Positions 20,052 through 30,147 of a stretch of DNA of 64,000 nt are shown piece after piece. The stretch is from the IMG/VR virus record IMGVR_UViG_3300002026_000008, positions 24,828 through 88,827 of that record; one strand, written 5' to 3'. The notes under the pieces are model-generated. The model ran no database searches. It was not told the DNA's origin and saw only the letters and a list, made by a program, of their open reading frames with translations. Made by a program: the position numbers and the translations under genes. Each line of letters opens with the position of its first letter. Position 1 is the first letter of the stretch. Origin of the DNA: a virus. Taxonomy: Duplodnaviria; Caudoviricetes.

Positions 20052-20327
20052 TTACTTATTAAAAACGTGTGTTATATAGGTTTTGAAACTCATCTTACCT
20101 ATATTTATTTTGCTGCACTCTACTAAACTGAGAATGTTTTCTTCAATTACTTTATCCTGACCCACCATTTTCTTTACTGTGGCTGTTACGTATGCCCAAT
20201 AACGCGGATCCGTATCGCTTTTAAATTTTACTAAAGCTGCAGCTTTTGCTGTGTCCCAAAGCTTTTCAATTTCAGAAACTGAACGATTGGAATGTTTTGC
20301 AATGTTGCGGATAAAGGATGTTGGCAT
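20052..20327 (-). CDS. Hypothetical late protein
   Basis: Probable start MPTSF; EIEKLWDTAKAA...YWAYVTATVKKM; TATAAATA at 20361-20368. Confidence 0.55.
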   Translation of the reverse strand: MPTSFIRNIAKHSNRSVSEIEKLWDTAKAAALVKFKSDTDPRYWAYVTATVKKMVGQDKVIEENILSLVECSKINIGKMSFKTYITHVFNK

Positions 20328-20388
20328 AGTCACACATAACAAATGTTAGCTTACTCATATTATTTATATGAGTTTGCGTTGTATGTGA

Positions 20389-20844
20389 CTATTTATTGAT
20401 TTTAATCCAAAGATTTTTGGAAATTGATGGCGCGACAGTGTCATTGATGATTTGAGAAACGATATCCCAATCACCACCTCCTAAGGAGCAACCAATAAGA
20501 GGAAAATGAACAGATTTATTCAGATCCAAAGCTAGATTATTAACAGCTTCGAAACAGTCATACATGGCATCATAGCTAACATATTGTTTGCCGTCTCTGC
20601 CGTAGAACTCTTGTGTAAGAGCATTAACAACCGTTAAATTTATCGTTAATGGCACCGGTATAATGGTGCCTAATTTTAAACCAAATCGTCTATGCTCATA
20701 AAAATATGTTTCATAAACGATTGGCCATTTTTGACGTACTGCAAGAGCTACGCCTGAACCCATTTTGCCCTGACAATTACACCCATGAACGATGATCCCA
20801 TCGGTCACAGATAAAAGATCACCGTTATGAGTAATAATAGTCAT
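20389..20844 (-). CDS. Macrodomain (ADP-ribose/Appr-1-p processing) protein
   Basis: GDLL, IIVHGCNCQGKMGSGVALAVRQKWP, VVNALTQ, FPLIGCSLGGGDW. Confidence 0.92.
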   Translation of the reverse strand: MTIITHNGDLLSVTDGIIVHGCNCQGKMGSGVALAVRQKWPIVYETYFYEHRRFGLKLGTIIPVPLTINLTVVNALTQEFYGRDGKQYVSYDAMYDCFEAVNNLALDLNKSVHFPLIGCSLGGGDWDIVSQIINDTVAPSISKNLWIKINK

Positions 20845-21317
20845 TCTGCGTTATGCTGTGAAACTAACATAAATGTGATATGACGGACACGTGACTCGAG
20901 TGCTCTGTTGGCATTTTTTATAGCTTTAAGCTTACTACACATCATATTTAATTCATCATACTGCTTAAAACCAATAGGTCGCCTGTTAGTATTCTTATTA
21001 GCTTTGATGCTTTCTATAACATTATCAACCAATGATATTGCTCTATCGTAGTAAATGGTGCCGTCTGGTCGCGGTATGAAAATATTTTCGGCAGGATATT
21101 TATCTGCACGACCATTTAAAACATCCCGCGCGATTTCGAATGAGAAATTTTGGGTGTCAGGACAAATAGTATAATGATATGTCAACATACCGAGTTCTTG
21201 ATCGATATGGAATAAAAATGAAATACCACCACATGGAGACTCTTCAATTCGTGCATGAGTATCATCAAATTGTTTCAGTCGAACGTGTCGAAATGTATGC
21301 ACGATTTCATTGCTCAT
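20841..21317 (-). CDS. Hypothetical protein
   Basis: 158 aa ORF; GGISFLF...CPDTQNFSFEIARDVLNGR. Confidence 0.6.
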   Translation of the reverse strand: MSNEIVHTFRHVRLKQFDDTHARIEESPCGGISFLFHIDQELGMLTYHYTICPDTQNFSFEIARDVLNGRADKYPAENIFIPRPDGTIYYDRAISLVDNVIESIKANKNTNRRPIGFKQYDELNMMCSKLKAIKNANRALESRVRHITFMLVSQHNAE

Positions 21318-21783
21318 TTGTAACTCCTATTTCCATCATAATTTTTTGTTGTTTGCATAACAGGGTATTGAGAGTTGTCGTGCAATTGTGGATTTCCTCA
21401 CCAAATGCTTCTTCAATAGCATGCAAGTCATCAAGGGTTATAGCAGAATATGCAACATCTGGTGATATCGTTGGTTGTCTGGTAATAACTACACCAAGAA
21501 TGTCAAGTTTGTCACCAAAATGTCTATTCCACCAGATATGAATCTCACGAGCATCTTTGATAAAACTAATTGTCGGATGATCACCAAAAGTCGAACGACC
21601 GCGACGACGCAAATCGGTCCAAATCAGAGCAGATGATTGGCATTTATGATAAGGCACATACCCGGTTGTTTGTTGCACATTACACAATGATAAATGCATT
21701 TTCAACACGAGTGAACTGATAACATTCTTCATTACCAAATCATCAATTTTTAGTGCATCATCATATTGTTTCTTTTTTGCCAT
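21307..21783 (-). CDS. Hypothetical protein
   Basis: 158 aa ORF. Confidence 0.55.
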   Translation of the reverse strand: MAKKKQYDDALKIDDLVMKNVISSLVLKMHLSLCNVQQTTGYVPYHKCQSSALIWTDLRRRGRSTFGDHPTISFIKDAREIHIWWNRHFGDKLDILGVVITRQPTISPDVAYSAITLDDLHAIEEAFGEEIHNCTTTLNTLLCKQQKIMMEIGVTNEQ

Positions 21784-21784
21784 A

Positions 21785-22522
21785 TCAGTCTCCGTCGTTT
21801 AAAGAATTAATAAAAGTCCCATCTAAATGCTTAGGCTTATTTTTAAGATACATTGTTGCATATTTTTTGTTTTCTGAATTTAAGCGCCATCGCAATGTTG
21901 TATATTTCACACCTATTGCTATTGCCGCTAACAGTATATCACTATATTCTACATTATCAATAATAGTAATAAGTGAATTAACAGGTTTTTGTAAAATAAA
22001 CGTTTGCTTTAAAGTTAAACTCATCTGTTTTCGTGACTTATCAGAATGTTTTTTACCATAAAATGCATTCTTTTCACCTATTCTCGTTTTTGCATATTGG
22101 CTTATTTTATATCTATGCTCATTTGAAAGTTTTCTACCCTTCTGTGGACCATAACCAGTTTCATCTTTAATCTTTTTACAAGCAGCTACCATAGCATCAA
22201 TAACGTGTTTAGGTCTTGGTTTTTTATAATTACCATTAATAATTCCGTACATTGCTCCACCAACTGCATTATTTTTAAGATTATATGACATTAAATTATT
22301 AACTGCATCTAATTGCATTAATATTTTTTCTTCCTCAGCTCTGTAATTATTACCGATATACATTATTTCTCTAACAAAATTATCAATTCCATATTTGTTA
22401 ATTGCATATCTAAACATCTTGCCAGAACCGATATACCCGTCATCAATATTACCGCTATGAGAACCGATATACCAACAACCAGTCACGGTATTTGTCCATT
22501 TATACACAAAACCGACGTCCAT
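21785..22522 (-). CDS. Free-standing GIY-YIG homing endonuclease with NUMOD3 motifs
   Basis: Probable start MDVGFVYKWTNTVTGCWYIGSH; Y.GSG; NAFYGKKHSDKSRKQMS. Confidence 0.9.
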   Translation of the reverse strand: MDVGFVYKWTNTVTGCWYIGSHSGNIDDGYIGSGKMFRYAINKYGIDNFVREIMYIGNNYRAEEEKILMQLDAVNNLMSYNLKNNAVGGAMYGIINGNYKKPRPKHVIDAMVAACKKIKDETGYGPQKGRKLSNEHRYKISQYAKTRIGEKNAFYGKKHSDKSRKQMSLTLKQTFILQKPVNSLITIIDNVEYSDILLAAIAIGVKYTTLRWRLNSENKKYATMYLKNKPKHLDGTFINSLNDGD

Positions 22523-22574
22523 AAGTTTCTCCAATAAACGATTATTGAAGTATTTATAGGACGTCCTTTTAATA

Positions 22575-23471
22575 TCATACGGCAACCGGTAATTTAATGA
22601 ATGGATGAGAAACATAACCAATTATATTAAAATCATCTATAGAATATCTATCAATGTCAGTATTGACAGTATTGATGATTAATTTGCAATCACATTCAAT
22701 AGGTGTTAATTGACATATATGTTTTGCTGCTTCGATATGATTGAGATAGATATGAGCATCGCCGTAATTTATCTTTAAATACCGAGGTTTTAAGTTTGTT
22801 GCACGAGCAATAAGATGTGTCAGTAATGCATATTGTGCTATATTAAATGGTAATCCTAACATAGTGTCTGATGATCTAATGTTAAGCATTAGATCAAGGT
22901 GACCGTCATTGGAAACATAGCATTGAAAATCCCGATGACACGGTGGTAATGCCATTTCTTCGAGATATGCAGGATTCCAGGCAGTTACAATCAATCGACG
23001 GTCGCGTGGACGTGTCTTAATACGGGTAATCAATTCAGCTAGTTGATCAATTTCGATGACAGTCAATGAAATATTCTCATGGTCTAAAGCTGTTCTATGA
23101 TACAGACTATTAGTAGGATTTCGTTTAGATAACGGTTTATTTTCTGGATTATTGATTACAAACTTTTTCCAATGACGCCATTGAACACCATAGATTGGGC
23201 CTACATCACCATTTTCTTGTGCCCAATCATTCCAAATGTTAACACCATGTTCTTTCAATTTGGTGATATTTCCAATGCCTTCAATGAAGAATAGCATTTC
23301 TTCAAAGGATGATTCCCATTTGGTCTTCTTAAGAGTTACCAATGGAAAACGTTCGCGCAAATCAAATTCTACCTGACCACCGAAAATGGACAGCGTGCCG
23401 ACACCAGTACGATCTTCACGCTTCTCGCCATATGTTAGAATCTTTTCAAGCAATTCGTAATACTGTTTCAT
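22575..23471 (-). CDS. thyA: Thymidylate synthase (dUMP type)
   Basis: DRTGVGT, GPIYGVQWR, MALPPCH, RSSDTMLGLPFN (Asn = dUMP), GDAHIYLNH; start MKQYY overlaps upstream stop. Confidence 0.96.
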   Translation of the reverse strand: MKQYYELLEKILTYGEKREDRTGVGTLSIFGGQVEFDLRERFPLVTLKKTKWESSFEEMLFFIEGIGNITKLKEHGVNIWNDWAQENGDVGPIYGVQWRHWKKFVINNPENKPLSKRNPTNSLYHRTALDHENISLTVIEIDQLAELITRIKTRPRDRRLIVTAWNPAYLEEMALPPCHRDFQCYVSNDGHLDLMLNIRSSDTMLGLPFNIAQYALLTHLIARATNLKPRYLKINYGDAHIYLNHIEAAKHICQLTPIECDCKLIINTVNTDIDRYSIDDFNIIGYVSHPFIKLPVAV

Positions 23472-23710
23472 TTTAGTTGACTCCAAATACTCTTAATGTG
23501 AAAAAATCTACCTAACGGTGATATTGCAATAGGTAAAGCTAAAACAACGCAATAAATCATTTGAAGACCCAGTAATATACTTGCATCGTTCTTAATGAAA
23601 AATACCTGAACAAAACCAGCAATTAAATAAACTAATGACACCCAAAACATCCAACAAGGGGCTGTTCTAGCAAACAGGGGTATGGTTTTTCCAAAAAGTT
23701 TAATTTTCAT
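23468..23710 (-). CDS. Small membrane protein
   Basis: Two hydrophobic segments. Confidence 0.55.
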   Translation of the reverse strand: MKIKLFGKTIPLFARTAPCWMFWVSLVYLIAGFVQVFFIKNDASILLGLQMIYCVVLALPIAISPLGRFFHIKSIWSQLK

Positions 23711-24135
23711 ATCACATTCGATTTCAAGTTATATTTAATATCACAGATATACCATTTATCATCAGGAATAAATCGCTTCACTGTCTTAATGATATGGTCA
23801 CTCTCACACAAAATTTCAATAAGCAACTTATTAGGGTGGTATGTCACTAATAAGTTATCGTGTTCAATCAATCCTTGATTCATCAAGTAATTCTTTAAAT
23901 CTATGCTGTGTTCTTTTACAATAGATGGTAACATTCGAGGATCATATTGCTCAATAGACGATGGTACTCCAATGGTCACAGATGATACTTTTACTACTTG
24001 TTCTGTTCCTTCTTCAGATGTTAAAATTCCATCTTTTTCAGATAATACCTTAATACCTGCAACATCTGCGGTATCGCCGGAAATAATGTAAGACCGTTTA
24101 ATAGTTTGTATCGTATCAACGATAAATGTTGGCAT
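23707..24135 (-). CDS. Hypothetical protein
   Basis: 142 aa coupled ORF. Confidence 0.5.
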   Translation of the reverse strand: MPTFIVDTIQTIKRSYIISGDTADVAGIKVLSEKDGILTSEEGTEQVVKVSSVTIGVPSSIEQYDPRMLPSIVKEHSIDLKNYLMNQGLIEHDNLLVTYHPNKLLIEILCESDHIIKTVKRFIPDDKWYICDIKYNLKSNVI

Positions 24136-24667
24136 TTAATTCTTTCACCCAATTATCAAAAAGCATTGTTAAAAATGACTGTGCAAAATTTCCTATACCT
24201 AAAGCAGTTTTCTCACTGTTTCCTGCTACATTCAATACACGTATTTTTTGTGTAACGAGAAAATGAGTCATTTCCGTAATAGCTCTAGTCGTTGTAAAAT
24301 AGACACCATGTTGTTGGTATACCTGTATTTGCACATTCGGTTTATTGTGTTTACGTACTAATCGTGTTGTCAGTGTTTCACCAGCAGAAGAAAAATCAAA
24401 AGCTATCTGCATTGTTGCATCACTATTTACTATATTCATTTCCGTTCTTACTGGATATCCTTTATCATCACTCTGCTGCACATTAAATCGCTTTGCAATC
24501 TGTGGTTTATAACCATCAAGAGTCTTAAATCCAAATGGAGCCATACCACCAGTAGCAATACCAACCGTTTCTGCTGCATATAATGCCGCTTGATCTACAC
24601 CATTTTGCATACCACTTATTACTTTAAGTGGTACCAAAGGCTCATCCTCGAAGACTAATAAACTCAT
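24116..24667 (-). CDS. SLOG-superfamily protein (cpYpsA/putative molybdenum-carrier family)
   Basis: KVISGMQNGVDQAAL...TGGMAPFGF, YPVRTEMNIVNSDAT, LNVAGNSE. Confidence 0.85.
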   Translation of the reverse strand: MSLLVFEDEPLVPLKVISGMQNGVDQAALYAAETVGIATGGMAPFGFKTLDGYKPQIAKRFNVQQSDDKGYPVRTEMNIVNSDATMQIAFDFSSAGETLTTRLVRKHNKPNVQIQVYQQHGVYFTTTRAITEMTHFLVTQKIRVLNVAGNSEKTALGIGNFAQSFLTMLFDNWVKELNANIYR

Positions 24668-24682
24668 AGCTTATATATCATA

Positions 24683-24844
24683 TTAAGAAGATGCCGGCAT
24701 ATCACCAGTGTGTACGGCGTTATGCTCATATCGCCAGTTAGCAGGTCGTTGTGATGGCCATGCAAGTAAAGGACACCCAAGCCATAATAACCATTCGCAG
24801 TTAACATCACCTTCTTTCCATGCAGACATAAAATCATCTGTCAT
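24683..24844 (-). CDS. Small hypothetical protein
   Basis: Probable start MTDDF; Trp-rich. Confidence 0.4.
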   Translation of the reverse strand: MTDDFMSAWKEGDVNCEWLLWLGCPLLAWPSQRPANWRYEHNAVHTGDMPASS

Positions 24845-24857
24845 AGCTGATCTCATC

Positions 24858-25478
24858 TTACTCCGCATACTTATCCCAATCATCACCAAAATTATTCTTC
24901 AACTTTGCAAGATATGCGTCAGTCTTAATCTTCACCATCCAAACCATTCCGCGAGTATCAACACCCTTACACACCATACCCTCATCAACATCATATTTTC
25001 CTGCTCTAACTTCGTCGATAAGTTGCTGGTTGAGATTACCATCATACATAACCTCTGGTGCAAATGACTCAGTGCCGAACATCTTCAAGAATAATCGAGG
25101 TAGTATAAGACCTTTACGAGGAATATGCACATCAAATAGCACTAACCGTTTCGCTTCTTCTGCATCGTGATTACCAGCAAAGCTGCTTTTTCCAAAAAAT
25201 TCAGTGTATACGATAAAATCTTGAATACCTTTATATTCGGTCGTAATTGTTTTTTCTATGCTAGGACCGATATCATTTAGAAAGATCGGAATAGCTTGAT
25301 TGTACGGTGCTTCATCTGCGCCGAAAAGCCTATGTCGCGTTCCGAATTTGTACCATCCCTTTTTTCTACTCCACTCCCAACGCAAGTTTGAGCCATCATA
25401 TTTGTAAAAGCCGATGCATGGTTCACCTAAAGGAATTTTTCTGTCTTTAGAACCAGGAATAGATGGATATGCTTTCAA
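24858..25478 (-). CDS. Compact RNA/DNA-ligase-like adenylyltransferase domain protein
   Basis: Motif I KYDGSN, III YTEFFG, IIIa LVLFDV, IV DEGMVCK, V VKIKT; no OB or C-terminal domain. Confidence 0.75.
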   Translation of the reverse strand: MKAYPSIPGSKDRKIPLGEPCIGFYKYDGSNLRWEWSRKKGWYKFGTRHRLFGADEAPYNQAIPIFLNDIGPSIEKTITTEYKGIQDFIVYTEFFGKSSFAGNHDAEEAKRLVLFDVHIPRKGLILPRLFLKMFGTESFAPEVMYDGNLNQQLIDEVRAGKYDVDEGMVCKGVDTRGMVWMVKIKTDAYLAKLKNNFGDDWDKYAE

Positions 25479-25581
25479 TTAAAATACCTTATAGTGAGAA
25501 CAACTACAACCAGAATAATAATTGAGTAACAAACAACTTTACTAGCCCATATTAAACGAGGTTTTTCAATAATCATAATGG

Positions 25582-26979
25582 CTATGCAATTCCATCAATT
25601 GCGAGTTCTTTAAGTTCAAGTTGATACATTGCTTTTGGTGTAAGCTTCTTGAGACGCTTCAGTTCATTTTCAACAGCAATGATTTCTTTTTCAAGCTTTT
25701 TGATTTCATCGTGAGTCAATGACCAAATGCTCATACTGAGAAGTCGCGACGGATCAGTGAACTTTTCTGCTTCTAGCAAATCGATCAGAATTTTCTTACC
25801 ACTGTTTTTAAACTTGTCAGTATTTGCCAGATAGAACAAAATAAACCGAAGTTTTTCATTCAACCAAACGAGTTCTTTTTCGTTAATGTCGATCAGCTTA
25901 ATGCGACGTTCTTCATAACGCTCAAGACGCCATTCAATGAACCTATCAATCATATCCTGTACAGTATCAAACTTGCGCATTTTACCATTGACATCCCATA
26001 GTGTGAGATTTTCAGTATCACGACTGATGAGTTTCAATTTTTGCATAAGCTCGTCTTCTGGAAGAGCAGTAGTGCTACGTGGAACAGATAGAAGAAAATC
26101 AAATTGCTTTTCTGTTGAACTATCTTCCCAAGAGCGGATAAAACCGGCATCTTCAAGTTTGATCAATTGAGCAATATAGTCATCAAGGTATGTACCAATC
26201 GGTAGCTCAGTGACACGAATAGTAACTGAATTTACAATTTCGAATTTGCCTTTGATGACAGTTTGCTTTTCAACTCGATCGACAGTACCGTTAAAACCAT
26301 TGTACCATGGCACAAGTGGAGCGGCTTCTTTATTCTGAAGACGAAGTTGAATGTTATCACGAAGTTGTAGTGGATGATAACTCATAATTGAACAGGCAAA
26401 GCCTGTACCCGTTCCGCTACCACCATTCACCAAAACCATTGGCAAAATTGGCATATACGTTTCAGGCTCAATTTGCATTCCATCAGAATCAAAATGCTTG
26501 AGAATATGATCATCATCTTTCTTGAAGAGTCTACGAAATGCAGATGTGAGTTCAGTGAAGATGTATCGTGGAGCAGCAGCTTCAGGTGATAGTCGGCTAC
26601 CAAATTGACCATTAGGTGCGAGCAAATTTACATTGTTGCTTCCTGCAAAATTTTGTGCAAGACCAACAAGAGTTGACATCAGAGAACCTTCACCATGATG
26701 GTAATCACTAACCTGTGCGACATAACTACCAGCTTGCTGTACTTTGATTTCAGCTGCATTTTCACCACGTTTAACAAGTGCAAAAAGACATTTACGCTGT
26801 GATGTTTTCAGTCCATCAGACAGACGAGGGATAGATCGTTCATTGTCATAAACGGAGAACTGTTTGAAATCATTTTCGAAGAAATCGCGAACACGAACAT
26901 TTGCGGTTGTTTTCATGTTCGTATTTGTGGTTGGTACTACTACTTGCTTTGCCATTGCTATCCCTTTGGTTTTATTCAT
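25582..26979 (-). CDS. Type II DNA topoisomerase, GyrA/ParC-like subunit (T4 gp52-like)
   Basis: RSIPRLSDGLKTSQRK, YHHGEGS, GQFGSR, AAAPRY catalytic Tyr, PILPMVLVNG. Confidence 0.95.
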   Translation of the reverse strand: MNKTKGIAMAKQVVVPTTNTNMKTTANVRVRDFFENDFKQFSVYDNERSIPRLSDGLKTSQRKCLFALVKRGENAAEIKVQQAGSYVAQVSDYHHGEGSLMSTLVGLAQNFAGSNNVNLLAPNGQFGSRLSPEAAAPRYIFTELTSAFRRLFKKDDDHILKHFDSDGMQIEPETYMPILPMVLVNGGSGTGTGFACSIMSYHPLQLRDNIQLRLQNKEAAPLVPWYNGFNGTVDRVEKQTVIKGKFEIVNSVTIRVTELPIGTYLDDYIAQLIKLEDAGFIRSWEDSSTEKQFDFLLSVPRSTTALPEDELMQKLKLISRDTENLTLWDVNGKMRKFDTVQDMIDRFIEWRLERYEERRIKLIDINEKELVWLNEKLRFILFYLANTDKFKNSGKKILIDLLEAEKFTDPSRLLSMSIWSLTHDEIKKLEKEIIAVENELKRLKKLTPKAMYQLELKELAIDGIA

Positions 26980-26985
26980 ATGATA

Positions 26986-27015
26986 ATTGTATCATTAAAT
27001 CAACAGAAAGTAAAC
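26986..27015 (-). promoter_or_regulatory. Early promoter
   Basis: GTTTACT-17 nt-TACAAT. Confidence 0.7.
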
Positions 27016-27036
27016 AACTTTTTTCTATTTTTATTG

Positions 27037-27279
27037 TTATTCATACACTTTATGACATTTACATTCTGCATTGATATCATATCCATGCTGTTGCCAGACA
27101 ATAGTCGTACCAAGAATAGCAGCTACTTCATAAGCATCATACTGTTGACCACAAAGAGTACAGTATTTTCGGAATGGATTAAATTCATCACGTATAAAAC
27201 GTACAGATGGTCTAAATGTCACAACTAAAAACCAAATTAAACAAGCTAGTATTGTGAATCCAACTATATAGTTGCTCAT
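27037..27279 (-). CDS. Small membrane-anchored Cys-containing protein
   Basis: N-terminal TM segment; CxxC and CxC. Confidence 0.5.
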   Translation of the reverse strand: MSNYIVGFTILACLIWFLVVTFRPSVRFIRDEFNPFRKYCTLCGQQYDAYEVAAILGTTIVWQQHGYDINAECKCHKVYE

Positions 27280-27300
27280 CAGTTACTCCAAGGTCATCAA

Positions 27301-27759
27301 TTAAACTTTTACTAAATAACTGTCACTAAACCAAAAAGTATGACGCTCATTAGCTTCAACCAATATTGGTTCTCCACCTGCTGTAGCATAATAACTTTCA
27401 TTGTAAAATGCCACACTAAACACTAAACAATTAGCTTTTACACTAACATCAATGTGCTGAACAATTGCAGATGCGCCCTTCACAAGAAAATGTTTACTAT
27501 GTTCCCACCCCGGCGATGTTGAAAAATCAGGAGTTTTTGTGAGTACAACAACATCGCCGATTTGAAATGGTGAATATTTTGTAACTAACAAAGAGTATGC
27601 CGTAGTCAGAAGCTCAACATAATGGGACATGGGACCACGATCAAATCGTGACATTATCTGTTTCAAATCCTTAAAATTTGCAACGACCTCGTCCATATTA
27701 CCATTAACATCTTTCAGATTTGTAGGATCATCATTCTCATCTATAAATATAAGCTTCAT
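27301..27759 (-). CDS. Hypothetical protein
   Basis: 152 aa ORF with upstream AGGAG. Confidence 0.6.
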   Translation of the reverse strand: MKLIFIDENDDPTNLKDVNGNMDEVVANFKDLKQIMSRFDRGPMSHYVELLTTAYSLLVTKYSPFQIGDVVVLTKTPDFSTSPGWEHSKHFLVKGASAIVQHIDVSVKANCLVFSVAFYNESYYATAGGEPILVEANERHTFWFSDSYLVKV

Positions 27760-27803
27760 TATAACTCCTTTATCAATTGATTCATTATATCATAAATCAT
27801 AAG

Positions 27804-27980
27804 TTAATGATACTCTTTTATAAATTTAGATATTATCTTTTCATCATCACCATTTTCATGGTACTCTGGTAACAACAACAATGACAGTAGAACCCATCCA
27901 CTGTTAAGATACCATAATGCGAAACCGATCAGGACCAAATAAAAAATGCCCTTAATACAAAACCAAGAATAATTTGTCAT
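27804..27980 (-). CDS. Small membrane protein
   Basis: Probable start MTNYSWF; hydrophobic. Confidence 0.45.
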   Translation of the reverse strand: MTNYSWFCIKGIFYLVLIGFALWYLNSGWVLLSLLLLPEYHENGDDEKIISKFIKEYH

Positions 27981-28094
27981 ATTTCCTCTACTTAGAATAT
28001 TGACGAGGAAGCTGTGCAGAATAATTTGGACAGGCTTCACATGGTTGCATAGGTTGTGTACAAGAACATTCTGCACAAGACATCCAAAAAATTT

Positions 28095-28376
28095 TCATAA
28101 TTTCTCCAACTTATGAATCTCCGGTAATAAATCTTCTACGCCTAATATTTCTAATCCCGCTTTTACCGTGATCAGCCGCTGTTGCATTAAATTAAGAACA
28201 GGACCAAAAATTTCTGCATTATGTAATTCAACGATGTGCTCTGCTATTTCTTTTCCTACATTAAAAGCTATAGCCTGACGAACCAATAATTCACCGGTAT
28301 GAACTTTTATTTTAAATTCATCCTGTGTGAAAATTGATCCGTCAACAGCTACCCATAATCCTTTTAATCCTCCCAT
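28095..28376 (-). CDS. Hypothetical protein
   Basis: 93 aa ORF with GAGGA upstream. Confidence 0.5.
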   Translation of the reverse strand: MGGLKGLWVAVDGSIFTQDEFKIKVHTGELLVRQAIAFNVGKEIAEHIVELHNAEIFGPVLNLMQQRLITVKAGLEILGVEDLLPEIHKLEKL

Positions 28377-28583
28377 ATTTCCTCACATAAATCACACAGC
28401 CCAAAAATCATTCCACATTAACACGAGCGCCTTATCATTAAACTTTTTAGGATATGTTTTTAACTCAGACATTCCATGTTGTTGAAGAATATACAATAAG
28501 GTTTGTGTGTAATATGCCTCTATATAAATGTTGGTAAATAACAATTGCGAGCGTTCTTGAATAGGCGTCATTACAGCAGGTCC

Positions 28584-28832
28584 TTAAAATCGTGAATCAA
28601 AATCATCGCTGCGCTTACCAGCGATCTGTTTACTTATAGTTGAAATTTGTTCAATGGTTAAATAGAGTTGGCAGGCTAAACTCCATTTTAGCGCTTCGAT
28701 TGTTTCTTTATCTCTACCAAGATAATCAGATTTTACATGGATATGGCGTTTATGTAGAGTAATATGTTTTTCTGCACGCTTCGTAATATCGAAATGTGTT
28801 TTTTGCCTAACCCCTTCTTGCATAGTCATCAT
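28584..28832 (-). CDS. Hypothetical protein
   Basis: 82 aa ORF. Confidence 0.5.
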   Translation of the reverse strand: MMTMQEGVRQKTHFDITKRAEKHITLHKRHIHVKSDYLGRDKETIEALKWSLACQLYLTIEQISTISKQIAGKRSDDFDSRF

Positions 28833-29000
28833 AATATCCTTAAAGTAAAAAAAGAGTTATACTAACAAATTTCTATTTTTTATGGGTATCATAACTTGTA
28901 TCATAACTTAATGGCACCTCATTATTGTGTGGTCAAGATATTATTATAATAACATATGCACATTAAGCGGTACATAGATTCTAAACTTATTTTCAGCTAT

Positions 29001-29363
29001 TTAGTTTTCGCCATAAACTAAGGTAACAGTTTCATACCGATCATCATTGATGTCAGTGTCACGAGCACGAGCAGTATCCAATAACCGTTTCACCATAATC
29101 ATAAATTCTTTGAGTGATTTGGGCATTACTGTTTCTGTAGAACAGCACAATGCCCATCGATCGAAGTCTGCATAAGTATCACCAACCTCAAACATATTAT
29201 TACAATCTACTCGCCAGTTACGGCCATGACCAACAAGATAGAACCAGTTGTGTTGTTGTTGACTATCTTTACAACGAGGTTTTAATCCAGCTTTTTGACA
29301 CCAGTGTCGAAACTGCTTCGGCAACTTTACTTCTGTAGTCATCTTATTCTCCAGTATTAACAA
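29001..29363 (-). CDS. Hypothetical protein
   Basis: 120 aa ORF; true start possibly MTTEVK. Confidence 0.55.
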   Translation of the reverse strand: MLILENKMTTEVKLPKQFRHWCQKAGLKPRCKDSQQQHNWFYLVGHGRNWRVDCNNMFEVGDTYADFDRWALCCSTETVMPKSLKEFMIMVKRLLDTARARDTDINDDRYETVTLVYGEN

Positions 29364-29923
29364 ATATCGCGGGCTAAATTTAAAAATCGAATATACTTTT
29401 TGTCAGGACTATCAGTATAATACCATTGCTGTGTTGCAACCGTATATTCAGAGCCCATATTATTTGGAATCATCGCTTCACAATAACGAGAAACGGGTTG
29501 ATGATCGTATATGACACCTGTTTCAGTGTGAACTAACGTGACATAGATAGTTTTAGTCGGTGTCCATGCTGTTAGTTTAAAACGCTCATATGCGACAGGC
29601 ATATTCACAACAGGTCGGTTTGTTGGTTCAATATTATTGTACCAAGCTAATCCTAGTGCAATAGACAATGGTGCATAAATGATAGCAATGATAAGCCATA
29701 TTGAATACTTTACTTTGTCTATTTTTAGTAGAGATATTAAGTCTATGATTTTGGGGTCATAAAAACGAGCAATAGGAGTAGCACCCGTTAATGCTAACAT
29801 AATTACACCATAGGTAAGACCACCGGTAATAGCCGAAGTGAACATAATAATCAGTATCGATACCAAAAATGTTAGTATCCCATCAAATACCTGGTAATAA
29901 GATGCAATTATGGAGGATATCAC
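29357..29923 (-). CDS. Membrane protein
   Basis: 2-3 hydrophobic segments, then soluble domain. Confidence 0.55.
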   Translation of the reverse strand: MISSIIASYYQVFDGILTFLVSILIIMFTSAITGGLTYGVIMLALTGATPIARFYDPKIIDLISLLKIDKVKYSIWLIIAIIYAPLSIALGLAWYNNIEPTNRPVVNMPVAYERFKLTAWTPTKTIYVTLVHTETGVIYDHQPVSRYCEAMIPNNMGSEYTVATQQWYYTDSPDKKYIRFLNLARDIC

Positions 29924-30147
29924 AGAAAATTACCTCTAATGAGTTCAGCGATTCGTTTTTTCAACTGAGCATTTTCATCTTCAAGTTGTTTAATACGAAT
30001 AAATGTAGGGTCTTGTGAATTATCAAAACAGATTTCACATTCAACACCAGGATATTGACCAGACTCTACTGTACAATCAGGAGCACAATATTTGCATCCA
30101 TGTATTTTACAGCAGCGTCTGTCGTGAACATCTGCAAATTCGCGCAT
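29920..30147 (-). CDS. Small Cys-rich protein
   Basis: Probable start MREFAD; CCKIHGCKYC..C..ECEIC plus coiled-coil tail. Confidence 0.55.
   Translation of the reverse strand: MREFADVHDRRCCKIHGCKYCAPDCTVESGQYPGVECEICFDNSQDPTFIRIKQLEDENAQLKKRIAELIRGNFL

Noticed and set aside
22522-22621. Apparent overlap of GIY-YIG ORF with thyA, suggesting a group I intron
   Set aside because: thyA is complete through its normal C-terminus. The overlap comes from extending to an upstream ATG; the endonuclease domain starts at 22522.
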